DNA from: an uncultured Candidatus Poseidoniales archaeon
GTDB lineage: Archaea > Thermoplasmatota > Poseidoniia > Poseidoniales > Thalassarchaeaceae
DNA length: 64,000 nucleotides
Assembly (NCBI GenBank): GCA_964576865.1
Contig: CAZNVK010000001.1
Location: forward strand, 50,697 to 114,696
Reading direction: 5' to 3'
Both the position numbers and the translations under genes were made by a program. Shown piece by piece: positions 18,080-28,269 of this stretch. A model generated the notes under the pieces. The model did no database searches. It was not told where the DNA came from and saw nothing but the letters and a program-made list of their open reading frames with translations. Every line of letters begins with the position of its first letter. Position 1 is the first letter of the stretch.

Positions 18080-20233
18080 TCAGGACCAGTCGAGGGCTCG
18101 GTTTGGTACTGCAGCGAGGGGTTCGCCGTCAACGAGTCCCGAGAGATGGAAGCCGATGCTCGAAGGCTCGCCTTCGAGGGTTAGCCGCAGGAAGGTGCGG
18201 CTATTGGCGGCGAGGGTGTCGAGGGATATTTCGTCGCCCATGAATAGGTGAGAGGGTGAGACCGCGCCGATGCTGACACTGGCTCCCTCCGGCGCGTGGA
18301 CTCGCATAGCAGCGAGTTCCCAAGGAGAGTCTGCTACACGGATTCCAAGCAGCATTGTCGCATCTCCTTCGGCGATGCGCCAAGCACAGATTTCGACCTG
18401 CTCGGTATTGTGGCGAAGCAAGGGCTCACCCCAATCGGCGACAACTGCCTGCCATGGGCTATCGCCGAGTTGGTGAAGGGCGGAATCGATGACCTGCTCG
18501 TCAGTTTCATCCTTGGCGAGCATCGCTGTGAGACGCTCGCGCAGGCGGCGCAGGCGGCGCAACTCGTGCTGTTCCATCTCAATCTCGGTGACGCCGCCAA
18601 GCCAGCGCTTTCTATTCCAGAATACGGCTAAGGCTGCGGGTGCGAGGAGGAAGACGCCTGCGAAGATGTAGTACTCAATGAAGAGGTCGGATCGGTCAAC
18701 GAATACAGGGGGCTCTGGTTCAGTGATTTCTCCACCATTGACCAGCGTGAAATCGTAATAGTGGTAATTCGACTCACCAATGACTTCAACGCGAATTGCA
18801 TGAATCCCTGGTGGTGCATTGATTAGGCCTCCGCTCGATGAATTGACGATGACCCAGCTCTCTTGGTCGAGAATCAGGATTTGGTAATTCACAGGTTGCG
18901 TGGTGTCCGAGTCGATATGCAAACGCGAACCGTTTTCTTCAGTCACTTCGAACGCAAAAACGTCGACGTATTCATCCAAAACCATCCTAGCACCGATGCT
19001 CTCATTCATCGAAATCTGAGGCCAATCTGATGAATCGTCATCCAGCGTCCATAATCGGTCTGGGGCATCACCCATCGCACCAGCATCTCCTCTAGGGAAT
19101 TCTCGCACACCGATGCTCCAAACGGCGAGTTCAGACGAAGTGATGCGGAACTCAAGAGCCACGGTATCGACTCTCGTTGTGATATGGTCAGCACACAGCT
19201 CACCCTCGCCCTCGACGGGTGTGGAATTGCCATCTGCAGAAATCAAGAAGACCTCAAAAGCCAGGCTATCAAAACGACCCCAACAGTTCAGGAAGAGGTC
19301 CATCCTGCTCGCAGATTCAATACGGATTGTGTCGCCAGAGGAATCAGAAGGTGAAATCCAGCCGTTGAATCCTAGGTGAATGGGGGGGAACTGGAGAGGC
19401 TCTCGGTCTCCCCAGACGTTGGAGAGTTCTCCCCACGAAGCCTCGAGTTCCGGGTCGTATCGAAGGATGTACAATTCGTATGCGGCGAACTCAGCCTCAG
19501 GGTGTTGTTTGAGTCTCAGCCAAAGGTCGCCCCCCTCGGGATATTCAAAACGATACCAACCATCATTATCCTGATCGAATGGCTCAAGCAAAGTCTTACT
19601 GGAGTCGTTACGGACCCAGAATTCCAATTCCACCGATTCGGGCATCAGTGGGGGAGGCATCTGAATAAAATCCCCTGCAGTGCCGAAGACCTCGACAGAA
19701 TCCTTGTCCGAACCATCCTCCAATGAGCCGACTAACCAATGAGTGCGAGTCCAGATTCGTCCATCACATGTGTCGATGGGGCAGTCCCAGGTCGGGTCAA
19801 CAGATTGTTGTTCTATATGGATGCCAGGACTGGGCACATTGTCTAGCCAGTCATCGGATTCCTTCATCATGGAGGATGTATTCTCATGGAACCATTCGCT
19901 GGTCTCGAACCACAGATCATCCTTCGTGGTACCGGGATCAGCTTTTACCACGAAATCGACCTGTCCAGTGGCTGAGAATGAGAATTCAATCTTGTGAGAA
20001 TCCGAGATAGAGTGATTGTCAGTTTCAGTGGTGATTTGTAACTCCAGACCAGGGCAGGATGCCTTCTCACACCAGATTCGTATGAAAATTGGATGGGGTT
20101 CGTCAAAGACGCTGAATGTGTCGATTAGGGTGACCTTTTCATCGCCTTCGTCTTCACCCTGTGCTGCGGCATTCGCTGCTCCTCCTACCAACAGCATGAG
20201 CAACACAATCAGGGTGGTTGCGGCGCGTCGCAC
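18080..20233 (-). CDS. Large secreted/membrane-anchored hypothetical protein (717 aa)
   Basis: N-terminal signal peptide MRRAATTLIVLLMLLVGGAANAAAQG. Acidic extracellular region. TM helix YYIFAGVFLLAPAALAVFW near residue 500, then a cytoplasmic domain. Confidence 0.55.
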   Translation of the reverse strand: MRRAATTLIVLLMLLVGGAANAAAQGEDEGDEKVTLIDTFSVFDEPHPIFIRIWCEKASCPGLELQITTETDNHSISDSHKIEFSFSATGQVDFVVKADPGTTKDDLWFETSEWFHENTSSMMKESDDWLDNVPSPGIHIEQQSVDPTWDCPIDTCDGRIWTRTHWLVGSLEDGSDKDSVEVFGTAGDFIQMPPPLMPESVELEFWVRNDSSKTLLEPFDQDNDGWYRFEYPEGGDLWLRLKQHPEAEFAAYELYILRYDPELEASWGELSNVWGDREPLQFPPIHLGFNGWISPSDSSGDTIRIESASRMDLFLNCWGRFDSLAFEVFLISADGNSTPVEGEGELCADHITTRVDTVALEFRITSSELAVWSIGVREFPRGDAGAMGDAPDRLWTLDDDSSDWPQISMNESIGARMVLDEYVDVFAFEVTEENGSRLHIDSDTTQPVNYQILILDQESWVIVNSSSGGLINAPPGIHAIRVEVIGESNYHYYDFTLVNGGEITEPEPPVFVDRSDLFIEYYIFAGVFLLAPAALAVFWNRKRWLGGVTEIEMEQHELRRLRRLRERLTAMLAKDETDEQVIDSALHQLGDSPWQAVVADWGEPLLRHNTEQVEICAWRIAEGDATMLLGIRVADSPWELAAMRVHAPEGASVSIGAVSPSHLFMGDEISLDTLAANSRTFLRLTLEGEPSSIGFHLSGLVDGEPLAAVPNRALDWS

Positions 20234-20295
20234 GGCCCTCCGGGCCGGCTTCTCCCTTAGAATGCTTCAAGCGAACCGCATCGCTCGCGCGCTCG

Positions 20296-22101
20296 ATGAG
20301 CGAGGATGCTGGTGAGCGGCCGCTGGCGCGCGGTGTGGCTGCGCGGCAGCGTTTTGCGCGCATTTTCGCGCTCGGCGATAGGCGCGCGCCGAGTTCGTGG
20401 ACCCCGGCCTTGGTGGCTGGGGCCTCGGACTCGGAATTACCCCTCTCGATCTGCGCATTCCGCGTCGAGAGGGATGCGAGCACCATTCCTGCATCAATGT
20501 CGATGACGGTGCTCGATGACCTGTGCCTGCCCTTCGGTGGGAACGAGACTTGGCAGGCACAGGAGGGATTGATACTACCTTCGAGCCTAGACGAGTCGAA
20601 CTCCGGCTCCAACTCATCAGGAGATCAGCTCCTGCCGGTCTCCTGGCAGGCGCTGCACCACGATGCGACCCTGCTCGATGAGGACCTCTCTCCATCGGTA
20701 ATCGCCCTCATCGATGCTCCACAATTAGCCGAGCGCCCAGGCAAGCTGATCGAGGCGCTCGATGCAATCCGCCGCCGATTCCCAACCTCTCTAATCTGGA
20801 CCCCCGGAATCGGCGGCCCCGACAATTGCGCCCTACTCGCGTGGATAGGTGTCGACCTCTTCGACCTCGCTCGCTCACAAGAGGCGGCTTCGCGCGGAGT
20901 TTTGCTCACCGAAGACGGCCCGCGAACCGTCGAAGAGACCCTCGGCGAATCAGCAGGAATTGAAGTCCAAATCGAGGCGTGGCATCGCTCTCTCGCAGCC
21001 ACGCGCGCTGCAATCCGCGATGGCACCATCCGCCAACTTGCCGAGCGCCAAGCGCTCTCTAGCCCTCGCTCGGTAGAACGCTTACGCCGCCACGACCTCA
21101 AGATGGCAGCAGCCGCCACCCAAGACCCCGGCCAAGCAGCCCTCGCAAGCGTAGTCCGCCAAGGCATTCGCCTGCGCTGTCACTCATACACCAGCCGCGA
21201 CGACCCAATCATCAGCGAATGGAAGCGCCGTGTCACCGATGAGCACACACCACCCATCCACCAAGCCAAGGCACTCGTCCTCCTACCCTGCTCGGCCCAG
21301 AAGCCCTACCGTCTCTCACAATCCCACCGCCGCTTCCAGCGCGCGGTCATCACCCGAGGCGTCCACGAAGTGATGGTCACAGCCCCGCTCGGCCTAGTCC
21401 CGCGCGAACTCGAGGATATCTGGCCAGCTGCACACTACGACATCCCAGTCACAGGGAATTGGGACGTTGACGAACTCAAAACCATCCGAGAAATGACCGA
21501 GTCCTACGCAACACGCAATGGCTATCAACGAATCATCAACCACTCAGGAATCGAACTAACAGCCGGCAATATCGAGGTCGTAGACACTCGAGCCGGCGAA
21601 TCAGCAGGCTCCCAGTCATCCATCGACAGGCTCGAACAAGCCATCCGCCAAGCAGCCGAAGAACTCGAACTCCCAAACCCCAAGGAAAGCCAACACCGTC
21701 TCGAGAAACTCAAGGCACTCTCAAGATTCCAACACGGAACCGACGCGTGGCTCAACGGAGCAAAAGTAAGCGGCAGACCCCCTATCTTCCGAATAGAAAT
21801 CGAAAGAACTCAGATAGCCCTCTGGAACCCCCGCAGCGGTCGATTCTCATTCTCAAAGGCCGCCCTACCCCTCCTCGACGCCTGCGACGCCTTGGCCCGC
21901 GTCGAACTAACCCCTGAATCCGACTGGCGCGGAGACCTATTCGCAACCAATATCACCCGAGCCGACCCCGGAATCCGCGCCGGCGACGAACTCCTCGTCT
22001 TCCAAAACGGCAAACTAACCGGCAGCGCACGAGCCGAGGCAGCAGGGTGGGAATGGCCCAATGGACCGGGTAGGTTGGCGAAAGCACAGCACCGTTTGTG
22101 A
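20296..22101 (+). CDS. arcS: Archaeosine synthase (ArcS)-like protein with C-terminal PUA-like domain
   Basis: Contains the ArcS signature PC-x3-KPY-x2-S-x2-H (LLPCSAQKPYRLSQSHRRF). C-terminal ~80 aa are PUA-like. Start is uncertain: 20218, 20296 and 20497 are all possible, and 20218 would overlap the divergent upstream gene. Confidence 0.65.
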   Translation: MSEDAGERPLARGVAARQRFARIFALGDRRAPSSWTPALVAGASDSELPLSICAFRVERDASTIPASMSMTVLDDLCLPFGGNETWQAQEGLILPSSLDESNSGSNSSGDQLLPVSWQALHHDATLLDEDLSPSVIALIDAPQLAERPGKLIEALDAIRRRFPTSLIWTPGIGGPDNCALLAWIGVDLFDLARSQEAASRGVLLTEDGPRTVEETLGESAGIEVQIEAWHRSLAATRAAIRDGTIRQLAERQALSSPRSVERLRRHDLKMAAAATQDPGQAALASVVRQGIRLRCHSYTSRDDPIISEWKRRVTDEHTPPIHQAKALVLLPCSAQKPYRLSQSHRRFQRAVITRGVHEVMVTAPLGLVPRELEDIWPAAHYDIPVTGNWDVDELKTIREMTESYATRNGYQRIINHSGIELTAGNIEVVDTRAGESAGSQSSIDRLEQAIRQAAEELELPNPKESQHRLEKLKALSRFQHGTDAWLNGAKVSGRPPIFRIEIERTQIALWNPRSGRFSFSKAALPLLDACDALARVELTPESDWRGDLFATNITRADPGIRAGDELLVFQNGKLTGSARAEAAGWEWPNGPGRLAKAQHRL

Positions 22102-22176
22102 GGCAGCACCCTTTGGGTGAGATGCGTAGCGATTAAAGAGGGGCAGCAGCTCGGCGAGCCGCCTGAGGTGACCTGA

Positions 22177-22632
22177 ATGGCTCGAATGCACAGTAAGGGA
22201 AAGGGAAAGAGCGGCTCTGACAAGCCCAACGCAAGCGCCGCTCCCGAGTGGTCCGAGTCGGACAAGGAAGCAGTAGAAGCACTCATTCTCAAGCTGGCTG
22301 GCGAGGGACACTCGACGGCAATGATCGGCACAATCCTGCGCGACCAGCACGCAGTTCCTGATGTTCGGTTGGTCACTGGCGAGCGCATCGCACAGACCCT
22401 TGCTCGCAACGATTTGAGGGGCAAGTACCCAGAGGACATGATGAATCTCATGCGTCAGGCTCTGAGGATGATCGATCACCTCAACTCGAATCACAAGGAC
22501 CTTCACAACGGCAGGCAATTGGAACTCACAGAGTCTCGAATCCGCCGTCTGGCTCGATACTACCAGAACACCGGTCGTCTGGACTCCGAGTGGGCCTACA
22601 AGCGCGACAAACTACGCCTGATGGTCGAGTGA
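22177..22632 (+). CDS. rps15: 30S ribosomal protein uS15 (archaeal S15P / eukaryotic S13e type)
   Basis: Lys-rich N-terminal extension MARMHSKGKGKSGS followed by the conserved S15 core (LRDQHAVPDVRLVTGERI...DLHNGRQLELTESRIRRLARYY). Length 151 aa is typical of archaeal S15. Confidence 0.9.
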   Translation: MARMHSKGKGKSGSDKPNASAAPEWSESDKEAVEALILKLAGEGHSTAMIGTILRDQHAVPDVRLVTGERIAQTLARNDLRGKYPEDMMNLMRQALRMIDHLNSNHKDLHNGRQLELTESRIRRLARYYQNTGRLDSEWAYKRDKLRLMVE

Positions 22633-22736
22633 GCTCAACTGCTCGCTTCGCCCTCGCTCGCAATGCGAGACTCCTCCGGTTGCGGGATGGTTTGGCAGCG
22701 ATGGGGATTTGAACCAGCGACTGTCAAGAGTGTTCG

Positions 22737-23606
22737 ATGCGTCAGTTGCTCGAGGCCGAACAATTCGGTTCTGTGGCCTCGACTCTTGCGGATGCCGCGG
22801 TGGGCATCCGCGCGCATGGTGGCACTGTGATGTTGTTGGCGGCGCCTTCGCTGGTCGGTGCTCTGACGGTGGCGCCGTTGGAGGCGGCGATGCTCGATCT
22901 TGGCTTGCCCTATCGCCGCCGGTTCAAGATGGAAGTGCCGAGGGATGGTGCTTGGATCCACGTTCTAGGTCCTGGTCAGGATTCAGGACCTGAGTATTCT
23001 CGGGAACCACCTCGAATGAGTCTGGCGGGGTCGGTGGTAGAGGGATTGAGGGGTTCTTCCGGTGATGTCCGACGGGGTCCTCTGACTACGGTTGCGCAGG
23101 CTCACGCGCTGGCGCAGGCTTTGACACCGACCAGCGCACGTCTGCGAAGAATGCGGCCATGGCTGATTTCGGGGAATTGGCTGCATTCGGCTCTCGACAC
23201 CACTTATGATCCGGTTTTCACCGCCCTTCGCGACCTACTGGTCGAGGAGGGTTCGGCTCGAGTAGTGTCGATGCCGGAGGTCGCATCCGTGGAACTCTCG
23301 AATACTCCGTGGGTCGAGGATTTGGCTCTCGATGCGGTATCGGCCAAATGGGATGAATTGGATATGGAGGGTCGCGCGCGGGCGCTTTCGCACTTGATGC
23401 GGCCCGCGCTCTCCCGCTCGACGCCATCGACGGCGCGGATGGAAGAACTCGGTTGGCACCGCGTCGTCGGAAATGATTGGGATAGCGATTTGGCATCGGA
23501 AATTGTACGCGCGGCACGCTTGTGGAAAGAGAATCCAGCCCCCGCCGCCGCGCACGCGCTCGTCGATTCCCTGCTGACCACAGGACGAGCGCCGAAGGGC
23601 GAGTGA
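22737..23606 (+). CDS. Hypothetical protein (289 aa)
   Basis: Long ORF with codon usage consistent with neighbours; no recognisable motif. Confidence 0.4.
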   Translation: MRQLLEAEQFGSVASTLADAAVGIRAHGGTVMLLAAPSLVGALTVAPLEAAMLDLGLPYRRRFKMEVPRDGAWIHVLGPGQDSGPEYSREPPRMSLAGSVVEGLRGSSGDVRRGPLTTVAQAHALAQALTPTSARLRRMRPWLISGNWLHSALDTTYDPVFTALRDLLVEEGSARVVSMPEVASVELSNTPWVEDLALDAVSAKWDELDMEGRARALSHLMRPALSRSTPSTARMEELGWHRVVGNDWDSDLASEIVRAARLWKENPAPAAAHALVDSLLTTGRAPKGE

Positions 23607-23623
23607 ATCGCCGAGTGGGGTGG

Positions 23624-25627
23624 TCACTCGAGGCGCAGAACCGAGTCGCAGCCTAAGCATTCCAAGCGAAGCGGTCTGACATCGGATTCGACCGCATTCG
23701 ACTCGCCGCACTTGGGGCAATCAACGTGCACATTGCGCTTGCTCTTGCGACGCCCACCCTCGATTATCTCATTACGCGGAGAGACCAAAGCGACTGGGAA
23801 GACCAACAGCATGCTCGAGGCCACGACGCCGAGTACGAATGGCATGTCGAGGCCGAGAACATAGAGCGCAAGCGCCAGCCCGCCGAGAACCACCACCGTC
23901 AGCATCGAGGGAACTTTGGCACGCTTTCTAGTCATCAGCAGGCCCAGCCCGAGCGCGAGCACGAGCATGAAGACCGAGACCATGGCTGATACCAGTGGCG
24001 AGTAAAGCGCGCCGCCGCTCGGCACGAATTCGACTCGGAATGACTTCTCCGGGTCGAGGTCGGCCTCGTCGATAGTAATCATCTCTAAGAGAATCCAGCG
24101 GCGGTGCTTGGCATCGATGTCTTCAGCAGCTACACCGCCAAGCCCTTGCAGAGCGGTCGAGCGAATCTCGACATTCAGCTCGACATCGGTGTAGAGGTCA
24201 TCATCGCTTGGCTTGATGAAAGTCTCAATCAATTGCTGTCTCTCACCCGCTTCCACCCTGTGAGAGGTATCGATGGTTATCGTCACGCTCTCAGAACTGA
24301 AAGCGCGGGTGTGGCCTAGATCAATCGTGATATCTGTCGGCCCGAGATTAACCGGATTCACCCCGAGGAAGGACTCAGCATCGAGGTAGAGTCCGTTGGC
24401 GAGGAAGGATTTCATGTCGGTTGCCGAGCCGATGAGATGGCTTTGCAGTGCGGCCAATTCGGAGTCATCAACCTGGCCGTTGTGGAAGTCAGAACCGGGA
24501 ATCGAATCGGAATAGGTTCGCAGGTTTCGCCACCAGCTGTTTGACGAGAGGCTATTGTTGCCGATATTGTCGAGGCCCCAGCGGACCCATTGTGACATCG
24601 CTCCGTCGAATTCGAGGGTCACCACGCGCTCAACGCTATCGCCGTCGAACTTGGCGTCCACATCCAAGGATAGGCTCGTGCCGCCAGTTCGCAGCGGTTC
24701 TGCTGCGGGGTACCAGCCTCCTGAGCCCGAGCCGCCCTCGCCAGCGGTGATTTCGTAGGTGCGGCTCGCCTCTATTCTGAGAGAGGTTTGTGGATTTAGG
24801 TGGAAGACGACGTTGTATGTGCCGGAGTCGGCGGTCTCAGGGATTGTCCATGAGAAGGTGACCTCGACTCCGTTATTGGTCGGCGTTGCGATTGGACTGT
24901 CGGTGATAGTATCGCTTGCGACGTTCATTCCGCCGGTTGAAGCCGACCACATGCGGTCGCCGAAGCCGGATTTGAGTTGTACTGGGAAGTAGACGAGGCG
25001 ACCGTTGACGCTCGGCTCCTTCATGTCGATACTGACGAGCGGGAATTTCATCGTCATGCGACCGGTGTATGCATCGGTGCCCCAGATGAAGCGGATCCCT
25101 GCATCGTCGCCCGGGCTGGAGAAGGAGAGGCTACGGACCGAGAAGGTGATCTTGACCTGGTCTCCTTCGCGAACTTCACCGGCCTGAACGGTGACGGGGA
25201 TGACGACCTCGCCGCCATTGGTCAGGAATAGTCCGGCGCCGGCATCGCCTTCGAAGTAGGTGCTGCCGATATTGACTCCGACCGTGGCGTTGATCTGGAT
25301 GCCGGCGGCGGATTCGACCTCGTAGGGGATTCTGAATTCCCAGGTTGATTCGGGGTATTCTCCTTGGAGGCCCCAAGTGATTTCCCATGAGCCGATCTCG
25401 ACGAGGCCTTGGATCGAGGGGGTGACGAATTGCTCGTGCTCCTCGTCGAGGTCGGATTGGAATGGTGAGAGGGAGCCGTCGTCGGCGCTGCCCAGCAAGT
25501 AGACGTCGAAATCCTGGGCAGCGCAACAAGCTCCATCCTCTTCAGCTGCGGCTGGAGATAGTGGTAGGCTGACGAGGAGCATCATCGTAGTCAAGACGAC
25601 GATTCGGGCTCGCTCGGCGCTGCTCAT
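23624..25627 (-). CDS. Secreted membrane-anchored protein with extracellular beta-rich domain, 2-3 TM helices and C-terminal cytoplasmic zinc ribbon
   Basis: Signal peptide VVLTTMMLLVSLPLSPAAA. Hydrophobic helices near the C-terminus (LVSAMVSVFMLVLALGLGLL, LTVVVLGGLALALYVLGL). Terminal CPKCG...CLGCD. Confidence 0.55.
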   Translation of the reverse strand: MSSAERARIVVLTTMMLLVSLPLSPAAAEEDGACCAAQDFDVYLLGSADDGSLSPFQSDLDEEHEQFVTPSIQGLVEIGSWEITWGLQGEYPESTWEFRIPYEVESAAGIQINATVGVNIGSTYFEGDAGAGLFLTNGGEVVIPVTVQAGEVREGDQVKITFSVRSLSFSSPGDDAGIRFIWGTDAYTGRMTMKFPLVSIDMKEPSVNGRLVYFPVQLKSGFGDRMWSASTGGMNVASDTITDSPIATPTNNGVEVTFSWTIPETADSGTYNVVFHLNPQTSLRIEASRTYEITAGEGGSGSGGWYPAAEPLRTGGTSLSLDVDAKFDGDSVERVVTLEFDGAMSQWVRWGLDNIGNNSLSSNSWWRNLRTYSDSIPGSDFHNGQVDDSELAALQSHLIGSATDMKSFLANGLYLDAESFLGVNPVNLGPTDITIDLGHTRAFSSESVTITIDTSHRVEAGERQQLIETFIKPSDDDLYTDVELNVEIRSTALQGLGGVAAEDIDAKHRRWILLEMITIDEADLDPEKSFRVEFVPSGGALYSPLVSAMVSVFMLVLALGLGLLMTRKRAKVPSMLTVVVLGGLALALYVLGLDMPFVLGVVASSMLLVFPVALVSPRNEIIEGGRRKSKRNVHVDCPKCGESNAVESDVRPLRLECLGCDSVLRLE

Positions 25628-25754
25628 CGAGCCCGCTGGTTCGCTCTATGTCCTTGAATGCGACCCTCGAAGGCTTCCTGATTTCCACGATTCGAGGCAA
25701 CGGCGCCAAAGGCGCCGCGTGCGAGGGAAGGGCGGGGCGCGGTGCTTGCCTGGC

Positions 25755-27470
25755 TCATCCATGAAGGTAGAGTAACTCGACCGGACCATTGTCTGGGACG
25801 GCTTCGATTCTGGCGAAGCCGATACGCTCGAGTTGCAGGATTGCCCCTTCCTCGAGGTCGACATCTTCGAGCATTCCCTCGCTGATTAGTAACTCGTCGC
25901 CAACCGGCGTGGTCAGACTGGCGGGTCGAGCCATCGATGTGGGCAACCAGTGAACGATGGCTCGCTTATCGCTGCGCTCAAGCGATTCGACGTGGGCAGC
26001 GCCACCGTCGATGTTGATATCAGCGAAATCCTTCAAGCGAATTTGGCCTTGGCTGTCGGCTTCTTCGATGAGAACCTCATCGCTGAGAGTCCAATCGCGC
26101 GCCCCCTCGACAGACCCGTCGGGGTGGCGCGCAATCGACAGAGAACCACCAATCTGATGCTCCCCTGAATCCAAAGCGAGTATCTTCGGTTCACGAACGA
26201 ATGAGCGACGCTCACAACTCGAGTCGATAACCGAGGAATTGAACGACTCGATAGTTTGCATAGAAATTGAAATGTCCTTCTGAGTCAATCCAAGATCAAT
26301 CCAGAAGTCACGCAGCGCCTGCGAATCAAAACCACGTCGCCGCAGCGCTGCGAGCGTCGGCAGGCGCGCATCATCCCATCCAGAATATACACCTTCAGCA
26401 ATCGCAGCGCGCATGCCGCTCGTCGAAAATCCGCCAAATTCGTGCACCTTCACGCGGCCCCAGTAGAGCGGTTCGGGGTAGGTCCAGCCGAAGTGGGCGT
26501 AGAGCAGGGTTTGCTTGCGGGTCGAGTCCATGAGGTCCTTGCCGCGGACGATGTGAGTAACGCCTTGCAGGTGGTCCTCAATCGCGCTCTGGAAGTCGAG
26601 CAGAGGCCAGACCTTGTAGGCGTCGCCGACCATTGGGTGAGGGGTGTGCTGGATGCGAAGTGCGGGCCAATCGCGCAGGGCTGGGTTCGGCAGGTCAAGG
26701 TCGGTCTTGACGCGTACTACGGCCTCTCCCTCGCCAATGCTCCCGTCGTTCATCGCTGACCAGTCACTGAGGTTTGCTTCGACGCTTCGCTCGCGGCAGG
26801 GGCAGGCTTGGGAAGCGTCGCGCAGCCCTTTGAAATCGGCTGCGGAGCAGCGGCAGACGTAGCCGAATCCGCCTTCGAGCATCTTCGTGGCGTGTTCGAG
26901 GTAGATGGGCATTCGATCGCTGGCGCGGATGATGATGTCAGCCGGGCGGCCAGCGAGCCATTCGTATTCCGCTTCGATTTGAGCGTAGGCTTCGGGGAGT
27001 GGTGGTTTGACTCTGGTATCGGTGTCGTCGAAGCGGAGGACAACTTTTCCTGTGTACATTCGGGCGTATTCCGAATTGATCGAGACACCGCGGGCGTGGC
27101 CGATTGTTAGCGGTCCGTTCGGGTTTGGGGCGAAGCGGAGGATTACTGCGCCCTCGGTTGCGTTGGGGAGTTCCTTGAGGCCGGTTCGCTTCTGCTGCTT
27201 CTGGCGCTCGAGGGCTTCGGGATTGGTTGCTGCGAGCGCCTCGCGGACAGCGTCCACTCCGCTTGATTCTGCTAGGTCGTTGGCCGCTGCGACCTCGGCC
27301 TCGACGAGGGCTTTGAGGTCACGCGCTCTTGGTCGTAGGTCGGCGCGCTCCCCTAGGAGTCGGCCCAGTACGGAGCCGGCTTGACCGGCTCCGGAGTATT
27401 CTACAGCATTTTGCATGGCGTACTTGCGAACCGTGGCTACGGTCTCTGTATCCCACTCGGAATCCACCAT
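25755..27470 (-). CDS. gltX: Glutamate--tRNA ligase (archaeal/eukaryal-type GluRS)
   Basis: Class I HIGH motif in RFAPNPNGPLTIGHARG. GluRS/GlnRS-family catalytic core and archaeal C-terminal anticodon-binding domain. Start set at MVDSEW to avoid overlap with rnhB; the ORF extends to 27557. Confidence 0.85.
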   Translation of the reverse strand: MVDSEWDTETVATVRKYAMQNAVEYSGAGQAGSVLGRLLGERADLRPRARDLKALVEAEVAAANDLAESSGVDAVREALAATNPEALERQKQQKRTGLKELPNATEGAVILRFAPNPNGPLTIGHARGVSINSEYARMYTGKVVLRFDDTDTRVKPPLPEAYAQIEAEYEWLAGRPADIIIRASDRMPIYLEHATKMLEGGFGYVCRCSAADFKGLRDASQACPCRERSVEANLSDWSAMNDGSIGEGEAVVRVKTDLDLPNPALRDWPALRIQHTPHPMVGDAYKVWPLLDFQSAIEDHLQGVTHIVRGKDLMDSTRKQTLLYAHFGWTYPEPLYWGRVKVHEFGGFSTSGMRAAIAEGVYSGWDDARLPTLAALRRRGFDSQALRDFWIDLGLTQKDISISMQTIESFNSSVIDSSCERRSFVREPKILALDSGEHQIGGSLSIARHPDGSVEGARDWTLSDEVLIEEADSQGQIRLKDFADINIDGGAAHVESLERSDKRAIVHWLPTSMARPASLTTPVGDELLISEGMLEDVDLEEGAILQLERIGFARIEAVPDNGPVELLYLHG

Positions 27471-27516
27471 GCTATCGGGCCTAGGCCCGAACTTAGGCAT
27501 TTGACGCTTGTCGCCC

Positions 27517-28254
27517 TCACCAGTCGTCGAGTGATGATTGCACGACGGCTTCCCCACTCGCCGAGCGGAGTGGTACGGGCGTTGCGTGAGTAGCGCTCCA
27601 AATGTCTGATACCGTTGCCCAACTCCATCGCAGCGAGTCGTGTGGTTTCCCGTTTGAGAGAAGGTGTTCTACCGCGACTCGGGTCTTGGGGTCGGAGGGA
27701 TAACCCGAGCCGACATCGATGCCGCACCTCGCGGAAATTTCGTGAATCGCGGCATCGCGAGCAACCTTGGCGAGAATGGATGCTCCGCCCGCAACCAAGT
27801 CCTTCGCATCCATTCCATGCTCGGCTTCGACCGTCCAGCCCAACCATGCTTCACCCAATGCGGCATTCAATCGACGGGCGAATCGCAGTTCATCGACATC
27901 GCATGCATCAGCGCGTACAACCCCATTCGAATCGTTCAGGTTCGAACCATCGATCGCCTCGGCGAATAATTCGATTTCAAGGCTGTTGAGATCCGACGAT
28001 TGAGCATTGATGTCGATTCGACTCGGCTGGCAAAAAACCACCGAAGACCGCCATTCACCAGCCTCTACTCGAGCAGCGATCTGCGCCTGAATGCGCTCGC
28101 GTTCAGCAACCGAGAGGTCCTTCGAATCCCGCACTCCAAGTGAACTCAGTTCGGCGATGTCGCCGGACGGAACCGCTAGAGCACCGACGACGAGTGGGCC
28201 AATGACAGGCCCCCGCCCAGCCTCGTCAACTCCGATGACCCAATCGGCGCTCAT
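27517..28254 (-). CDS. rnhB: Ribonuclease HII
   Basis: N-terminal signature VIGVDEAGRGPVIGPLVV (DEAGRG) and length of about 245 aa. Confidence 0.85.
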   Translation of the reverse strand: MSADWVIGVDEAGRGPVIGPLVVGALAVPSGDIAELSSLGVRDSKDLSVAERERIQAQIAARVEAGEWRSSVVFCQPSRIDINAQSSDLNSLEIELFAEAIDGSNLNDSNGVVRADACDVDELRFARRLNAALGEAWLGWTVEAEHGMDAKDLVAGGASILAKVARDAAIHEISARCGIDVGSGYPSDPKTRVAVEHLLSNGKPHDSLRWSWATVSDIWSATHATPVPLRSASGEAVVQSSLDDW

Positions 28255-28269
28255 GCGCCGTCGGCCGCT

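Noticed and set aside
20154-21167. Minus-strand ORFs 20154-20612, 20267-20695, 20625-21167
   Set aside because: Antisense to the ArcS gene, which carries a diagnostic motif; Arg-rich artefacts.
22690-22735. tRNA-like T-loop sequence (GGTTCAAATCC on the minus strand) between rps15 and the next gene
   Set aside because: The flanking sequence forms a direct repeat (TCGCTG...TCGCTG) rather than a complementary T-stem or acceptor stem. I could not fold a cloverleaf, so it is probably a tRNA remnant or chance match.
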